Shown here one piece after another: positions 63,027-64,000 of a DNA stretch of 64,000 nucleotides (positions are counted from its first letter, which is position 1; each line of letters starts with the position of its first letter). Source of the DNA: Basidiobolus meristosporus CBS 931.73 (taxonomy: Eukaryota > Fungi > Basidiobolomycota); assembly GCA_002104905.1 (NCBI GenBank), contig MCFE01000499.1, positions 2,250-66,249 on the forward strand, written 5' to 3'. A program made the position numbers and the translations under genes. The notes beneath the pieces are model-generated. The model did not search any database and was not told the origin of the DNA. It worked only from the letters and a program-made list of their open reading frames with translations.

Positions 63027-64000
63027 ATTCCTCAGTCATTGCAGATCTCCAAAACTTTGTCTGAGGGCTATTTAGGGCTTCTTTTACAGTTTGGCGTTCA
63101 TCAATATGGACTGAATAGGCATAGGCTAAGTTTGTACCCTGATTGATATAGTAATTTGGGCTATTTCTTGTCCGATTGGATCTCCAGGCATTTGATACTG
63201 GAATGATCACTTCTGGGATATTCCTGGACACTGATTCTGTCTGAACCACGGTTATAGAGTCCTCTGGAGTGAAAAAATTTTCATTGTTTTGCTCTGATTC
63301 AATCCCAACAATTGGTGGACTTGAGATCAGATTTTTGTCATCATCTGATGTCATTTTTTGTGAATATTTTAAATTTTCATCAAACAACACATCCCTGTAC
63401 TTGATAAGCTTCTTTGCTTTGGTATTGTAGAGCCTGTATGCCTTACTCTCATTGCAGTAGCCCAAAAATATGCATTTTACACTTTTTGGCTCAAATTTTG
63501 ACTGATTTCTGACCAGTTTTTTGGCATATGCTGTACACCCAAATATTCTTATATGCTCTGCACTTGGTCTGTATCCATACTATGCTTCAAATGGAGTAGA
63601 ATCACAAAGTATTCTGTTATAACTCCTATTTTTAAGGTATACAGCAGTGGCAACTGATTCCGCCCAAAAATCATAGGATAATTTTTGATCTTGGATAATA
63701 GATCTTGCCAAATCAATTATTGATTTGTTAGCACATTCTGCTACTCCATTTTGTTGTGGGGAGTATGGTACAGTGGTCTCTTGCTTTATTTTGTGAATTT
63801 TGCAGAAGTGGATGAGGAATTTTGAGGTATATTCTCCACCATTGTCAGAGCGTATTTTCTTGATTTTTTCACCAGTTTCTCTCTCCACCATGGCTTTAAA
63901 CTCCCTGAACTTAGACAGTGCTTCTTCCTTTCTCCATGAAGTAGGCCCATGTGTATCTTGTATAATCATCATTAAAAGTGATTAAATACTTCATCCCGCC

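Larger units (their letters stand above)
59020..64000 (-). mobile_element. Ty1/Copia pol (IN-RT-RH), degenerate, carrying three solo LTRs; continues past the window end
   Basis: IRSDNGGEY and PQQNGVAECAN (IN); FWRSAMTEEYQAL, YKARLVAKGY, QMDVKTAFLNG, LYVDDLII (RT); RH end homologous to 34898-35113. The 3' LTR is missing. Confidence 0.92.

Overview
Eukaryotic DNA, most likely from an early-diverging (non-Dikarya) fungus. The evidence is short GT-AG introns with CTAAC branch points, a fungal CDC42 and an APSES/ankyrin MBF-SBF subunit, together with a WNK kinase and an animal-type glutamate dehydrogenase; an entomophthoralean-like fungus is a guess. Bases ~1-33,600 form a CpG-rich gene island. 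It holds intact CDC42, WNK, a Pho80/PCL cyclin, a DM9 lectin, an Mbp1/Swi4/Res-type factor and GDH, plus decayed host genes (a PiT phosphate transporter, a trypsin-like protease and several unidentified gene-like tracts). A Copia-LTR pile interrupts the island at ~13.3-19.3 kb. Bases ~33,600-64,000 are a nested, CpG-erased LTR-retrotransposon graveyard with at least five LTR families. Highlights: (1) a full-length chromovirus whose PBS pairs with its own transcript 5' end (Tf1-type self-priming structure); (2) a very young 3.3-kb non-autonomous Copia-derived element with identical LTRs and a half-tRNA PBS; (3) CpG hypermutation, apparently TCG-biased, that changed the RT catalytic DD to DN in two unrelated families; (4) an antenna-bearing GDH with no presequence and a natural substitution equivalent to human H454Y. 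All counts and alignments were done by eye, and no database searches were run.
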